From assembly GCA_965203905.1 (NCBI GenBank), contig CBDBDQ010000005.1, forward strand, positions 5,728,001 to 5,792,000: 64,000 bases of DNA. The letters are read 5' to 3'. The stretch's first letter is position 1. The number at the start of each line of letters is the position of its first letter. Shown here one piece after another: positions 38,385-47,628 of the stretch. The notes below the pieces were generated by a model. That model did not search any database. It saw nothing but the letters and a program-made list of their open reading frames with translations, and had not been told where the DNA came from. Position numbers and translations under genes: made by a program. The DNA comes from Spirochaetia bacterium (GTDB lineage Bacteria; Spirochaetota; Spirochaetia; SZUA-6; Bin103).

Positions 38385-39833
38385 GTGCTGCTGACCATCA
38401 CCACGACCCACCGGCCGGCTACCGACCTCGGTTACCTGCTGCACAAGCACCCGGCCCGGGTGCAGACCTTCGAGCTCACGTTCGGCGCCGCCCACGTGTG
38501 CTACCCGGAGGCGACCGCCGAGCGCTGCACCGCGGCGTTGCTGCTGGACGTAGACCCGGTGGCGCTGGTGCGCGGGCGGCAGCGCCGGGGCGGTGCAGGC
38601 CTGCTGGCGCAGTATGTCAACGACCGGCCGTACGTGGCCTCATCGTTTCTCAGCGTGGCGATCGCCCAGGTGTTCGGCAGCGCCCTCGGCGGCCGTTGCG
38701 CGCAGCGACCGGAGCTGGCAGGCCGTGAGTTGCCGCTGACCGCCACGGTCGCCGCCCTCCCCTGTCGCCGCGGCGAAGAGATGGTGCATCGCCTGTTCGA
38801 GCCACTCGGCTACCAGGTAGCCCTGGAGCACCCGGAAGCGGAGCGCGCGGAGGGAGACCCCGAGTGCGGTCCGTATCGCAACCTGAGGCTGGCCGGTGCC
38901 AAGCGCCTGGCCGAACTGCTCACCCACCTGTACGTCCTGATCCCGGTGCTCGACGAAGGGAAGCACTACTGGGTGGGCAGCGATGAAGTGGAAAAACTGC
39001 TGCGGCGCGGGGCCGGTTGGCTGGCCGGCCACCCGCAGCGGGAGCTGATTGCACAGCGTTATCTGCGCCGCCAGCGCAGCCTGGCGCGCGAGGCCCTGCA
39101 GCGGCTCTCCGAGGGCGACGAGGAAGGCGACGAGATGGATACGCCGGAGGCTGGCGGCGCACCGGACCCGGGCGGCGCTCCGGCTGCGCGGCGGGCGACG
39201 GCGCGGGACGAGCTGCCGGAGCGGTCCGCCCGGCTGCACGAGTTGCGCATCGAAGCCGTGGCGCAGATCCTGGATCGTAGCGGTGCGGTCCGGGTGCTGG
39301 ATCTCGGCTGCGGCGAGGGGCGGTTGCTGCTGCGGCTCCTGCACAACAGCCGATTCCGCGTGATCACCGGCGTCGACGTCTCGGTCCGGGCGTTGGAGAT
39401 TGCCGCCCAGCGCCTCGAACGCAAGTGGCTGCCGGAGGCGGCACGGCAGCGCGTCACGCTCCTGCACGGCGCCCTGACCTATCGGGACAAGCGTTTGGCA
39501 GGCTACGACGCCGCGGCGGTGGTAGAGGTGATCGAGCATCTCGACGCGGCGCGGCTGGCAGCGTTCGAGCGGGTGCTGTTCGCCGCCGCGCGACCCGCTA
39601 CCGTCGTCATCACCACTCCCAACCGGGAGTACAACGCCAACTTCCCGAATCTCGCCGCCGGGGCGTTGCGGCATCCGGACCACTGTTTCGAGTGGACCCG
39701 TGCGGAGTTCGCACACTGGGCCGAGCGTGTCGCCGCCGCACACGGTTACCGGGTGGCGATCGAATCCGTCGGCGCGGTCGATCCGGAGCGTGGCGCGCCC
39801 ACGCAGATGGGGATCTTCACGGCGGCATCGTGA
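38385..39833 (+). CDS. hen1: 3'-terminal RNA ribose 2'-O-methyltransferase Hen1
   Basis: LLTITTTHRPATDLGYLLHKHP, QYVNDRPY, HLYVLIPVLD, VLDLGCGEG, EVIEHLD, TTPNREYN, HPDHCFEWTRAEF. Confidence 0.95.
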   Translation: MLLTITTTHRPATDLGYLLHKHPARVQTFELTFGAAHVCYPEATAERCTAALLLDVDPVALVRGRQRRGGAGLLAQYVNDRPYVASSFLSVAIAQVFGSALGGRCAQRPELAGRELPLTATVAALPCRRGEEMVHRLFEPLGYQVALEHPEAERAEGDPECGPYRNLRLAGAKRLAELLTHLYVLIPVLDEGKHYWVGSDEVEKLLRRGAGWLAGHPQRELIAQRYLRRQRSLAREALQRLSEGDEEGDEMDTPEAGGAPDPGGAPAARRATARDELPERSARLHELRIEAVAQILDRSGAVRVLDLGCGEGRLLLRLLHNSRFRVITGVDVSVRALEIAAQRLERKWLPEAARQRVTLLHGALTYRDKRLAGYDAAAVVEVIEHLDAARLAAFERVLFAAARPATVVITTPNREYNANFPNLAAGALRHPDHCFEWTRAEFAHWAERVAAAHGYRVAIESVGAVDPERGAPTQMGIFTAAS

Positions 39834-42391
39834 CGGTGGCCATTCCACAGTTCTGCCTGGTGGTGCTGATGGGAGCCTCGGGCGCGGGCAAATCCAGCTT
39901 TGCGCGGCGCCACTTCGCGGCTACCGAGGTACTCTCCTCCGACTTCTGCCGCGCACTGGTGAGCGACGACGAGACCGCTCAGCAGGCCAGCGACGCCGCC
40001 TTCGAGGTGCTCCACTTCATCGCGCGGAAGCGCCTCTCCGGACGCCGGCTGACGGTGGTCGACGCCACCAACGTGCGCAGCGAGGACCGCCGGCACCTGG
40101 TCGCGCTGGCGCGCGAGTTCCACGCGCTGCCGGTGGCAGTGGCGTTCGATCTGCCCGAAAGCATCTGCAAGGAGCGCAACCGCACCCGCCACGACCGCAA
40201 CTTCGGTCGCCACGTGGTGCGCAACCAGAGACGCCTGCTGCGCCGCTCCCTGCGCGGGCTGCGCCGTGAGGGCTTCCGCTACGAGTACCGCTTCCGGTCA
40301 CCGGATGAGGTGGAGGCGGCGGTAATCGAGCGCCGGCCGTTGTGGAGCGACCGCCGCGCCGACCGGGGGCCGTTCGACATCATCGGCGACCTGCACGGCT
40401 GCTTTGACGAGCTGAGCGGTCTGCTGAGCGAGCTCGGCTACGAGGTCAGGGAGGGCGACGGCGACACGGCGAACGGCGGCTACCAGGTGACCCACCCCGC
40501 TGGCCGGCGTCTCGTGTTTCTCGGCGACCTGGTGGATCGTGGGCCGCGCAGCGTGGCCTGCCTGCGGCTGGTGATGGACGCCGCGTCCACGGGAAGCGCC
40601 CTGTGCGTGCCGGGCAACCACGACGTGAAGCTGCTGCGCAAGCTGCGCGGCCGCGACGTGAAGCTGACCCACGGCCTGGCGCAGACCCTGGAGCAGCTTG
40701 CGGCCGAGGCGCCGGAATGGCGCGTCCGGGTGGCGGAGTTCATCGACTCGCTGGTGAGCCACTACGAGTTGGACGGCGGGCGGCTGGTGGTGGCCCACGC
40801 CGGCATGAAGGAGGAGTTGCAGGGCCGTGCCTCCAGCGCCGTGCGTGCGTTCGCCCTGTACGGCGAGTCCACGGGAGAGAGCGACGACTTCGGCCTGCCG
40901 GTGCGCTACCCGTGGGCAGGGGACTATCGGGGCCGGGCGCAGGTGGTCTACGGCCACACGCCGGTCCCCGTAGCCGAGTGGCTCAACCGCACCATCTGCA
41001 TCGACACCGGCTGCGTGTTCGGCGGCCGTCTGACCGCCCTGCGCTACCCGGAGAACGAGCTGGTCTCGGTGCCGGCGGCGCGTACCTACGCCGAGCCGTC
41101 GCGACCGCTGGCGGCGGCCGGCGGGGATGCGCTGAGCGCGCAGCAGGCGCACGACGACCTGCTCGACCTGGACGACGTGGCCGGCAAGCGCGTGATCGCC
41201 ACGCGGCTGCGCGGCAACGTGACCGTGCGCGCCGAGAACGCCGCCGCCGCTCTGGAAGTGATGAGCCGCTTCGCGGTCGATCCCAAGTGGCTCATCTACC
41301 TGCCGCCTACCATGGCTCCGGGCGACACCGCGGCCACGGAAGACCTGCTGGAGCACCCGCAGCAGGCGTTCGACTACTACGCCGGCCACGGCGTGCGCCG
41401 GGTGGTGTGTCAGCAGAAGCACATGGGCTCGCGCGCGGTGATGGTGGTGTGCCGCAACCGCGAGGCTGCGCGGCGGCGATTCGGCGTCGCCAGTGATGAC
41501 AGCGGCATGATCCATACCCGTACCGGCCGCCGCTTCTTCGCCAGCGCCGAGTGGGAGCGCAGCGTCCTGGAACGGATGCGGACGGCGCTCACGGCGCGGG
41601 GGTTCTGGCAGCGCTTCGCCTCCGAGTGGTTCTGTATCGACTGCGAGCTGATGCCGTGGTCGGCCAAGGCCGGAGCACTGCTGCGGCAGCAGTACGGACC
41701 GGTCGCGGCAGCCGGCCGCAACGGGCTGGCGGCTGCCGTGGCAGCGCTGCGACAGGCGGAGGAACGCGGCGTCGAGACCCGGAGCCTGCTGCAGCGGTAC
41801 CGTGCCCGCGCCGCGCGGGTGAACGCCTACACGGAAGCCTACCGCCGCTACTGCTGGCCGGTGGCTGCGGTGGACGACCTCCAACTTGCCCCGTTCCACC
41901 TGCTGGCGAGCGAGGGCACCGTGCATGCGGACAAGGATCACGACTGGCACCTGGACACCCTCGCCGAGCTGTCGTGCGACGGGATCGTGGTGCCGACGCA
42001 GGCCAAGGTGGTGGAGGTGGCGGACTCCGACAGCCGTGCCGCCGCCACCGAGTGGTGGCAGGAACTGACCGCCGCGGGCGGCGAGGGCATGGTGATCAAG
42101 CCGTGGCGGTTCGTGGCGACCGGTACCCGTGGCCTGATTCAGCCGGCGCTCAAGTGCCGCGGCCGTGAGTACCTGCGCATCATCTACGGGCCGGAGTACA
42201 CGGCGCCGGAACACCTGGCGCGGCTGCGCGAACGCGGGGTCGGCACCAAGCGTTCCCTGGCCTTGCGCGAATTCGCCCTCGGTATCGAGGCGCTGGAGCG
42301 ATTCGTGCGCGGCGAGCCGCTGCGTCGCGTTCACGAGTGCGTGTTCGCCGTCCTGGCCCTCGAATCGCAACCGGTCGACCCGCGACTGTGA
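39830..42391 (+). CDS. pnkp: Polynucleotide kinase-phosphatase Pnkp (kinase, metallophosphoesterase and ligase domains)
   Basis: GASGAGKS, VDATN; GDLHG, GDLVDRG, GNHD, GHTP; KHMGSR ligase motif; C-terminal LESQPVDPRL; GTGA overlap with hen1. Confidence 0.95.
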   Translation: MTVAIPQFCLVVLMGASGAGKSSFARRHFAATEVLSSDFCRALVSDDETAQQASDAAFEVLHFIARKRLSGRRLTVVDATNVRSEDRRHLVALAREFHALPVAVAFDLPESICKERNRTRHDRNFGRHVVRNQRRLLRRSLRGLRREGFRYEYRFRSPDEVEAAVIERRPLWSDRRADRGPFDIIGDLHGCFDELSGLLSELGYEVREGDGDTANGGYQVTHPAGRRLVFLGDLVDRGPRSVACLRLVMDAASTGSALCVPGNHDVKLLRKLRGRDVKLTHGLAQTLEQLAAEAPEWRVRVAEFIDSLVSHYELDGGRLVVAHAGMKEELQGRASSAVRAFALYGESTGESDDFGLPVRYPWAGDYRGRAQVVYGHTPVPVAEWLNRTICIDTGCVFGGRLTALRYPENELVSVPAARTYAEPSRPLAAAGGDALSAQQAHDDLLDLDDVAGKRVIATRLRGNVTVRAENAAAALEVMSRFAVDPKWLIYLPPTMAPGDTAATEDLLEHPQQAFDYYAGHGVRRVVCQQKHMGSRAVMVVCRNREAARRRFGVASDDSGMIHTRTGRRFFASAEWERSVLERMRTALTARGFWQRFASEWFCIDCELMPWSAKAGALLRQQYGPVAAAGRNGLAAAVAALRQAEERGVETRSLLQRYRARAARVNAYTEAYRRYCWPVAAVDDLQLAPFHLLASEGTVHADKDHDWHLDTLAELSCDGIVVPTQAKVVEVADSDSRAAATEWWQELTAAGGEGMVIKPWRFVATGTRGLIQPALKCRGREYLRIIYGPEYTAPEHLARLRERGVGTKRSLALREFALGIEALERFVRGEPLRRVHECVFAVLALESQPVDPRL

Positions 42392-42481
42392 CCCACACAG
42401 CCCAACCGTGCACACCGGGCAAGGTCGGGCCGGGCGGTGTGGACCGGACGGCCGGTCAGCGAGTAGGATCCGCGCACCGAC

Positions 42482-43462
42482 ATGAGCGACAGACCACGAA
42501 TCGTGACCCACCAGCCGATGCTGGAGCAGGAGTACCAGGATCGGCTCGCCGCCGCGGGCGAGCTGATCAGTATCACACCCGGCGCGCATGAACAGGTGCG
42601 GCAGCACCTGGGGCGGGCGAATGCGTTTCTCGGCTACTACACCGTCGACGCGGCGTTTCTCGACGCGGCGCCGAACCTGCGGGTCGTCGCAACGGCGAGC
42701 GTCGGCTACGACCGCATCGACGTGGCGGCAGCGACCGCGCGCGGGGTCGCGGTGTGCAACACGCCCGGCGTACTTACCGCGGCGGTGGCGGATCTCACCA
42801 TTGCCCTGATCATCGCGCTGGCGCGCCGCCTGCCGGAGTACGCGAGCTTCGTGAGAAGCGGCGCCTGGGGGCGCGGCGACCCCCTGCCGGAGCTGGCCCA
42901 CGACATTACCGGCAAGACCCTCGGCGTCCTCGGCTTCGGCCGCATCGGCCGCGAGGTGGCGCGGCGCGCGCAACTCCTGGGCATGCAGCCGATCTGGTAC
43001 GACGTATTCGACCAGGCGCCGCCGGATGCGCCGCAGGCACCCTACCGGCCGCTGGACGAATTGCTGGCGGCATCCGACTTCGTGACCATCCACATGGACC
43101 TGAACGACAGCTCACGCCACCTCATCGGCGCCCGCGAGCTGGGCCTGATGCGGCCGTCGGCCTACCTGGTGAACACCGCCCGCGGTGGAGTGGTGGATCA
43201 GGCCGCCCTTACCGCCGCCCTGCAGGAGGGACGGCTGGCCGGTGCCGGCCTCGACGTGCTGGAGCAGGAGCCGCCCGACCCGGCGGAGCCGATCCTGAAG
43301 CTGCCCAACGTGATCGCCCTGCCGCACATGGGCACTGCGACGCACGAGACCCGCAAGGCGATGCGGGGACTGGCGGTGGACAACGTGCTGGCGGTGCTGG
43401 CCGGGCGCCGGCCGCCGGCCATCGTCAACCCGGAGGTGCTGCACGCGGGCGCGCCGGCGTAA
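42482..43462 (+). CDS. D-isomer-specific 2-hydroxyacid dehydrogenase (glyoxylate reductase-like)
   Basis: VGYDRID, NTPGVL, GVLGFGRIG, VNTARG, GLDVLEQEP, LPHMG. Confidence 0.92.
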   Translation: MSDRPRIVTHQPMLEQEYQDRLAAAGELISITPGAHEQVRQHLGRANAFLGYYTVDAAFLDAAPNLRVVATASVGYDRIDVAAATARGVAVCNTPGVLTAAVADLTIALIIALARRLPEYASFVRSGAWGRGDPLPELAHDITGKTLGVLGFGRIGREVARRAQLLGMQPIWYDVFDQAPPDAPQAPYRPLDELLAASDFVTIHMDLNDSSRHLIGARELGLMRPSAYLVNTARGGVVDQAALTAALQEGRLAGAGLDVLEQEPPDPAEPILKLPNVIALPHMGTATHETRKAMRGLAVDNVLAVLAGRRPPAIVNPEVLHAGAPA

Positions 43463-43488
43463 CGCCCGCCCCGCCTACCGTACGCCGC

Positions 43489-44280
43489 TCACAGCGGGAC
43501 GCCGAGCACCTCCCGCAGCCGGCTTCCGGTGTCCGTCCAGTACTGCCCGAGGATGCTCACGTCGGCGCCGATGGAGAAGTGGCGTACCCCCATGTCGAGG
43601 TATTCCTGCGCCTCGTCGGGAGAGCCGATCTCGGCGCGCGGGGCGACGCCGTGCTCCAGCGCCCCGGTGAACACGCGCTTGCGCGCGGCCTCCACGTCGG
43701 GATGGCCCCTCTCGCCGATACGGCCGGTGCTCATGGAGTAGTCGGTACCGCCCCACTGCACCATGTCGAGCCCGGGAATCGACAGGATTTCCTCCAACTC
43801 GTCTACCGCGCCCTTCTTTTCGATCATCACCGCCACTACCGTGTCGCGGATCCCCTGCACGTAGGCCGCGCTTCCGCCCACTCCCATCGGGGTGTTGCGC
43901 CGGGCCGCGGCACCGTACAGGCCATTGTCCTGCGGGGTGTCGGGCCGGGCAATGCGGATGCACTCGCGCACGTCCTCGGCGGAACGGCAGTCGGTGAACA
44001 GCACGGCCTGGAAGCCGGCGCCGATGCCGCGCTGGGCGAGAAACGCCTGGTGGCTCTGGTCGATCTTGATCATCGAGCCAAGGCCGTACAGCTCGGCCGC
44101 GCGGCAGACGTTGTCCAGGTCGTGCAGGTGGAAGGAACCGTACTCGGCCACGAACTCTACGTAATCGTACTGCCCGGTCTGGCCCAGCACCTCCACGCTC
44201 ATCGGTTCGGGATTGAAGATGCGTGTGCAGACGGTGATCTCGTTGGCGTCCAGCTTCTGGCGCAGGGAATTGGGTCTCAT
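43489..44280 (-). CDS. HpcH/HpaI family aldolase
   Basis: MRPNSLRQKL, YDYVEFVAEY, VMIEKKGAVDELEEILSIPGLDMVQWGGTDYSMS. Confidence 0.85.
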   Translation of the reverse strand: MRPNSLRQKLDANEITVCTRIFNPEPMSVEVLGQTGQYDYVEFVAEYGSFHLHDLDNVCRAAELYGLGSMIKIDQSHQAFLAQRGIGAGFQAVLFTDCRSAEDVRECIRIARPDTPQDNGLYGAAARRNTPMGVGGSAAYVQGIRDTVVAVMIEKKGAVDELEEILSIPGLDMVQWGGTDYSMSTGRIGERGHPDVEAARKRVFTGALEHGVAPRAEIGSPDEAQEYLDMGVRHFSIGADVSILGQYWTDTGSRLREVLGVPL

Positions 44281-44365
44281 GGAGTCTCCTCGATTGGTGT
44301 CGATGGTGTCGGCGAACGCAGTGTAGCACGAGCCGGCCGCCGTTGCCGCACCGGCTGTAAGCCAA

Positions 44366-44839
44366 CTACCGGTGGCGGAAGTCCATTCCGTTGCTGCGGT
44401 GGCGAAAGCCGAGCCGCCGGTAGAAGGGCATGACGTCGTCGGCACAGTCGAGCGTGGTCTTGTAGCAGCCGGCGGCCTCGGCCCGCGCCAGCAGGTAGCG
44501 GATGAGGGCGCTGCCGATCCCCCTGCCCTGCTGCCCGGCCGCCACGGCCACATCCTCGATGTGCCCCGCGATCCCTCCCCGGTTGATGAACTTGTGCTCG
44601 ATCAGCAGCGTTGCGGCGCCCACCACGCGGCCCTCGACCTCCGCCACCGCCACCACGCAGTCGCGGTTGCGCTGCAGGCGCCGGAACACCTCCAGCGCCC
44701 GCTCCGGCTCCAGGTCGCTGGCCGGCCGCAAGGCATCCAGCGCCTCCAGAAACCCGTTCCCCAGATCGGCCTCCCGCAGCGGCCGCACCCGCACAGGGTG
44801 TCCGCCGTAGTGCTTGTTTCTATCCGTAGTCCGTTCCAT
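44366..44839 (-). CDS. GNAT acetyltransferase (glucosamine-6-phosphate N-acetyltransferase-like)
   Basis: LLIEHKFI, GHIEDVAV, QGRGIG, GCYKTTLDC, FYRRLGF. Confidence 0.85.
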   Translation of the reverse strand: MERTTDRNKHYGGHPVRVRPLREADLGNGFLEALDALRPASDLEPERALEVFRRLQRNRDCVVAVAEVEGRVVGAATLLIEHKFINRGGIAGHIEDVAVAAGQQGRGIGSALIRYLLARAEAAGCYKTTLDCADDVMPFYRRLGFRHRSNGMDFRHR

Positions 44840-44972
44840 ATTGATGCAGAGAGTTTACGCGTACCACCACCAGCATCAATTCTTGGAGAACTGCGGCACA
44901 ACGCGATCCTGCGCGGCGTCTCCTTTCGTTTGCGCTGGCGAGTAGGGTCACCGCAACTCAAATCATGGTACG

Positions 44973-45776
44973 TTGCGTCGTCGAGAGCGACAGGACAGGT
45001 CTTACGGTGAGGGTACTCCCATCATTGAGGTAGTAGAGGTCATTGACCAGCTCACGAAAGAGATTGGAAAGCGACTATCGGCTGAAAACAAGTTTGCTGA
45101 GTTTGTACGATGGGCGCAGGGTCATCCAACCAACCGGTGGGTGTTTCGTGGCCAAAGCAACAAGCAATGGCGGCTGCAACCGTCGGTCGGCCGGGACGAT
45201 TCGTACACGCCGGAAAAAGAGCGTTTGCTGATAGACCAGTTCCGGAGACTGGCGGAGCCATACGTAGCGTCAGCAGGTTTGACCGAGTGGGACTGGCTCG
45301 CGCTGGCACAGCACCACGGATTACCGACACGGCTCCTGGATTGGACCTCCAATTCGCTGGTAGCTTGCTTCTTCGCGTGTGCGAAGGCTCGATCGCACGG
45401 CCGCGAAGTGGATGGGCAGGTGATAGGCATCGAAACTAGGTCGGTCGGCGTCTACGACTCGAAGGAGCAGGGTGAACTCGATCCGTTCCAGATTGAGAGC
45501 ACCAAATTGATCATGCCGCGGGCGCTTGCTGGCAGGATCCTGAACCAGAGGGGGCTGTTCAGTATCCATGCGCCCCCCGATCGTCCTTGGGGTGTCAACA
45601 CCAAGGGCATCAATGTCGACCGATTCGATGTCCCGGCCGAGATGAAGGAGTCGCTGTTGCGAGGTCTCCACAACATTGGGATTGATGACGCGCACGTGAT
45701 GCCGGACCTGGACGGATTGGCGAGGATGTTGAAGTGGCAATACGACACTGGTACGCTACCTGGGGTAGTGCCATGA
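44973..45776 (+). CDS. FRG domain protein (start codon uncertain)
   Basis: WVFRGQ, LQPSVGR, LAQHHGLPTRLLDWT, RILNQRGLF, PDLDG. Confidence 0.9.
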   Translation: MRRRERQDRSYGEGTPIIEVVEVIDQLTKEIGKRLSAENKFAEFVRWAQGHPTNRWVFRGQSNKQWRLQPSVGRDDSYTPEKERLLIDQFRRLAEPYVASAGLTEWDWLALAQHHGLPTRLLDWTSNSLVACFFACAKARSHGREVDGQVIGIETRSVGVYDSKEQGELDPFQIESTKLIMPRALAGRILNQRGLFSIHAPPDRPWGVNTKGINVDRFDVPAEMKESLLRGLHNIGIDDAHVMPDLDGLARMLKWQYDTGTLPGVVP

Positions 45777-46138
45777 AGATCGAGTCCTCACCCGTGTGGT
45801 TCGCGGGACTCCCACGCAAGCTGTACGACGCGGCAAGGGATTATCCGCTGGATCAGAAGCCCGAATGGGATGAGCTCGGGGATCTGGCAGAGATCGTCAA
45901 GTTCGAGGGAGCCACGGCATACTCCGAAAGCGCTGTAGTGGATGACGGCAAGTGCGTCGTTGCCGGGCGCGTGGCGGTCAAGCTGATCTACGATCCGGCC
46001 AAGGATCCTGATCCTGAGCCCGACGCGAAGTACGGAGAAATGCGCGACAGCTTCCCCGCGAGCATCTTCTTCGAGGTCGCCAACCAGGAAGTGAGCATCA
46101 AACGGATCCAGGTGGACATGTCGCGGCTGCTGAGGTAG
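45773..46138 (+). CDS. Small protein resembling the predicted pPIWI-associating nuclease domain (pP_pnuc_2-like)
   Basis: WDELG...GRVAVKLIYD...MRDSFP...IQVDMS pattern recalled from that family; ATGA overlap with the FRG gene. Confidence 0.5.
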   Translation: MKIESSPVWFAGLPRKLYDAARDYPLDQKPEWDELGDLAEIVKFEGATAYSESAVVDDGKCVVAGRVAVKLIYDPAKDPDPEPDAKYGEMRDSFPASIFFEVANQEVSIKRIQVDMSRLLR

Positions 46139-47618
46139 CACGAGTCCTCCATCCGGCGACCAGGGCATCCAGTGACGCGGCATCGTGCGCGGTGGCGTGC
46201 ACGTAGCGGTCCGGGCGTATGGCTAAGGCGCGGGCTTGGAGTTCCGCGAGATACTCGGCGGCTCGCTCCAGCTCGCAGGGGGCCCAGACGTGGATGCCCT
46301 TCTTCGCGGCAAGCGGGCGGCCCTCCCACCGGGCCAGCAGGTCGCGGTCGGCGAGGAGCGCGGGGCCGTAGCCCGCCGGGTCGTCCGAGAGGCCGCCGGG
46401 GCGGCGTCGCAACTGGCGGGAGATGTGTCCGGCGGCGGGTGATCCGGCTTGCCACAGGCCGCTGCCGAGTCGGGGCGATATGGTCAGCATGCGGTAGCTG
46501 CCGTCCGATTGCCGGAAGGCGGACTTCAGCGCGGCCTCGCTGTCGGAGGCGTTGACCAGCCGGCCAAGGTCGACGGCGCCCTTGATGAACGCCCTGACAT
46601 GCGCATGGCGCTCGCCCTGGTAGCTGTCTAGCAGCGTGTCGTCGTGGTCGTGGCGTATGCAGTGGGCGAGCTTCCAGGCCAGGTTCGAGGCGTCCCGGAT
46701 CCCGGCGCACATGCCCTGGCCCATGAAGGGCGGGGTCTGGTGGGCGGCGTCGCCGGCGATCAGCAGGCGGCCCCGACGCCAGGACGACGAGATGACGGAG
46801 TGGAAGGTGTAGACCGCCGCCCGCTCGACCGCGGCCTCGGCAGGTGTCAGCCAGCGCTTCAGGCGTTGCCAGATGTACTCCGGCGCCAGCGCGCGTGCGT
46901 CCGGCAGGTCGGCGATGAAGATCTCCCAGCGCCGCCGCGGGCCCGGTCCCCGAACGTAGGTCATCGGGGTCCGTGGGTGGCAGTACTGGATGGTGTAGTC
47001 TCCCAGGTCCGGCCGTTCCCGGCGCAGCAGCAGATCCACCACCAGCCAGCGTTCGTGGAACCCCAGGTCTTCGGCCCGGTCGGTGATGTGCTCCCGGAGC
47101 AGCGACCGCGCGCCATCGCAGCCGACGACGTACCGTGCCGCCAGCGTGTGGTGGCGGTCACCGTCGCGGCAGGCGATCGTCACCAGATCCGCATCCTCAA
47201 TGGCCGCCGTCACCTCCGTGCCCAGGGCGAGGTCGACGTTGGGCACGCCGCTCAGGCGATCGCGCAGGATCGCCTCCAGGTCCGGCTGGTGGAAGCGGTA
47301 GCTCGGGTACCATCCCTGCGGACCGACCCGCTGCGGCCGCGACCAGTCGAGCAGGAGCCTGCCGCCGGGATCGACGAAGCGCATTCCCGGATTGATCCGG
47401 GACACCGCGGCGACCCGGTCCGCGACACCGAGCGTCTGAAAGATGCGCATCACCTCACCGTCGAAGTGGACAGCACGCGGCAGCCGCAGGATCTCCCGCT
47501 CCCGTTCCAGAACCGCCACCCGCAACCCGCACAGCGCCGCCAGGCCGGCAAGCACGGCGCCGGTCGGGCCGAGGCCTACGATGGCGACGTCGTACGGCCC
47601 CGGGCGGTCGCGCGGCAT
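46098..47618 (-). CDS. FAD-dependent aromatic hydroxylase (MhpA/OhpB-like)
   Basis: IVGLGPTG, PRAVHFDGE, FHQPDLE, VGCDGARS, YTFH, AGDAAHQTPPFMGQGMCAGIRDASNLAWKL. Confidence 0.9.
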   Translation of the reverse strand: MPRDRPGPYDVAIVGLGPTGAVLAGLAALCGLRVAVLEREREILRLPRAVHFDGEVMRIFQTLGVADRVAAVSRINPGMRFVDPGGRLLLDWSRPQRVGPQGWYPSYRFHQPDLEAILRDRLSGVPNVDLALGTEVTAAIEDADLVTIACRDGDRHHTLAARYVVGCDGARSLLREHITDRAEDLGFHERWLVVDLLLRRERPDLGDYTIQYCHPRTPMTYVRGPGPRRRWEIFIADLPDARALAPEYIWQRLKRWLTPAEAAVERAAVYTFHSVISSSWRRGRLLIAGDAAHQTPPFMGQGMCAGIRDASNLAWKLAHCIRHDHDDTLLDSYQGERHAHVRAFIKGAVDLGRLVNASDSEAALKSAFRQSDGSYRMLTISPRLGSGLWQAGSPAAGHISRQLRRRPGGLSDDPAGYGPALLADRDLLARWEGRPLAAKKGIHVWAPCELERAAEYLAELQARALAIRPDRYVHATAHDAASLDALVAGWRTRATSAAATCPPGSV

Positions 47619-47628
47619 GCGGGCGTTT

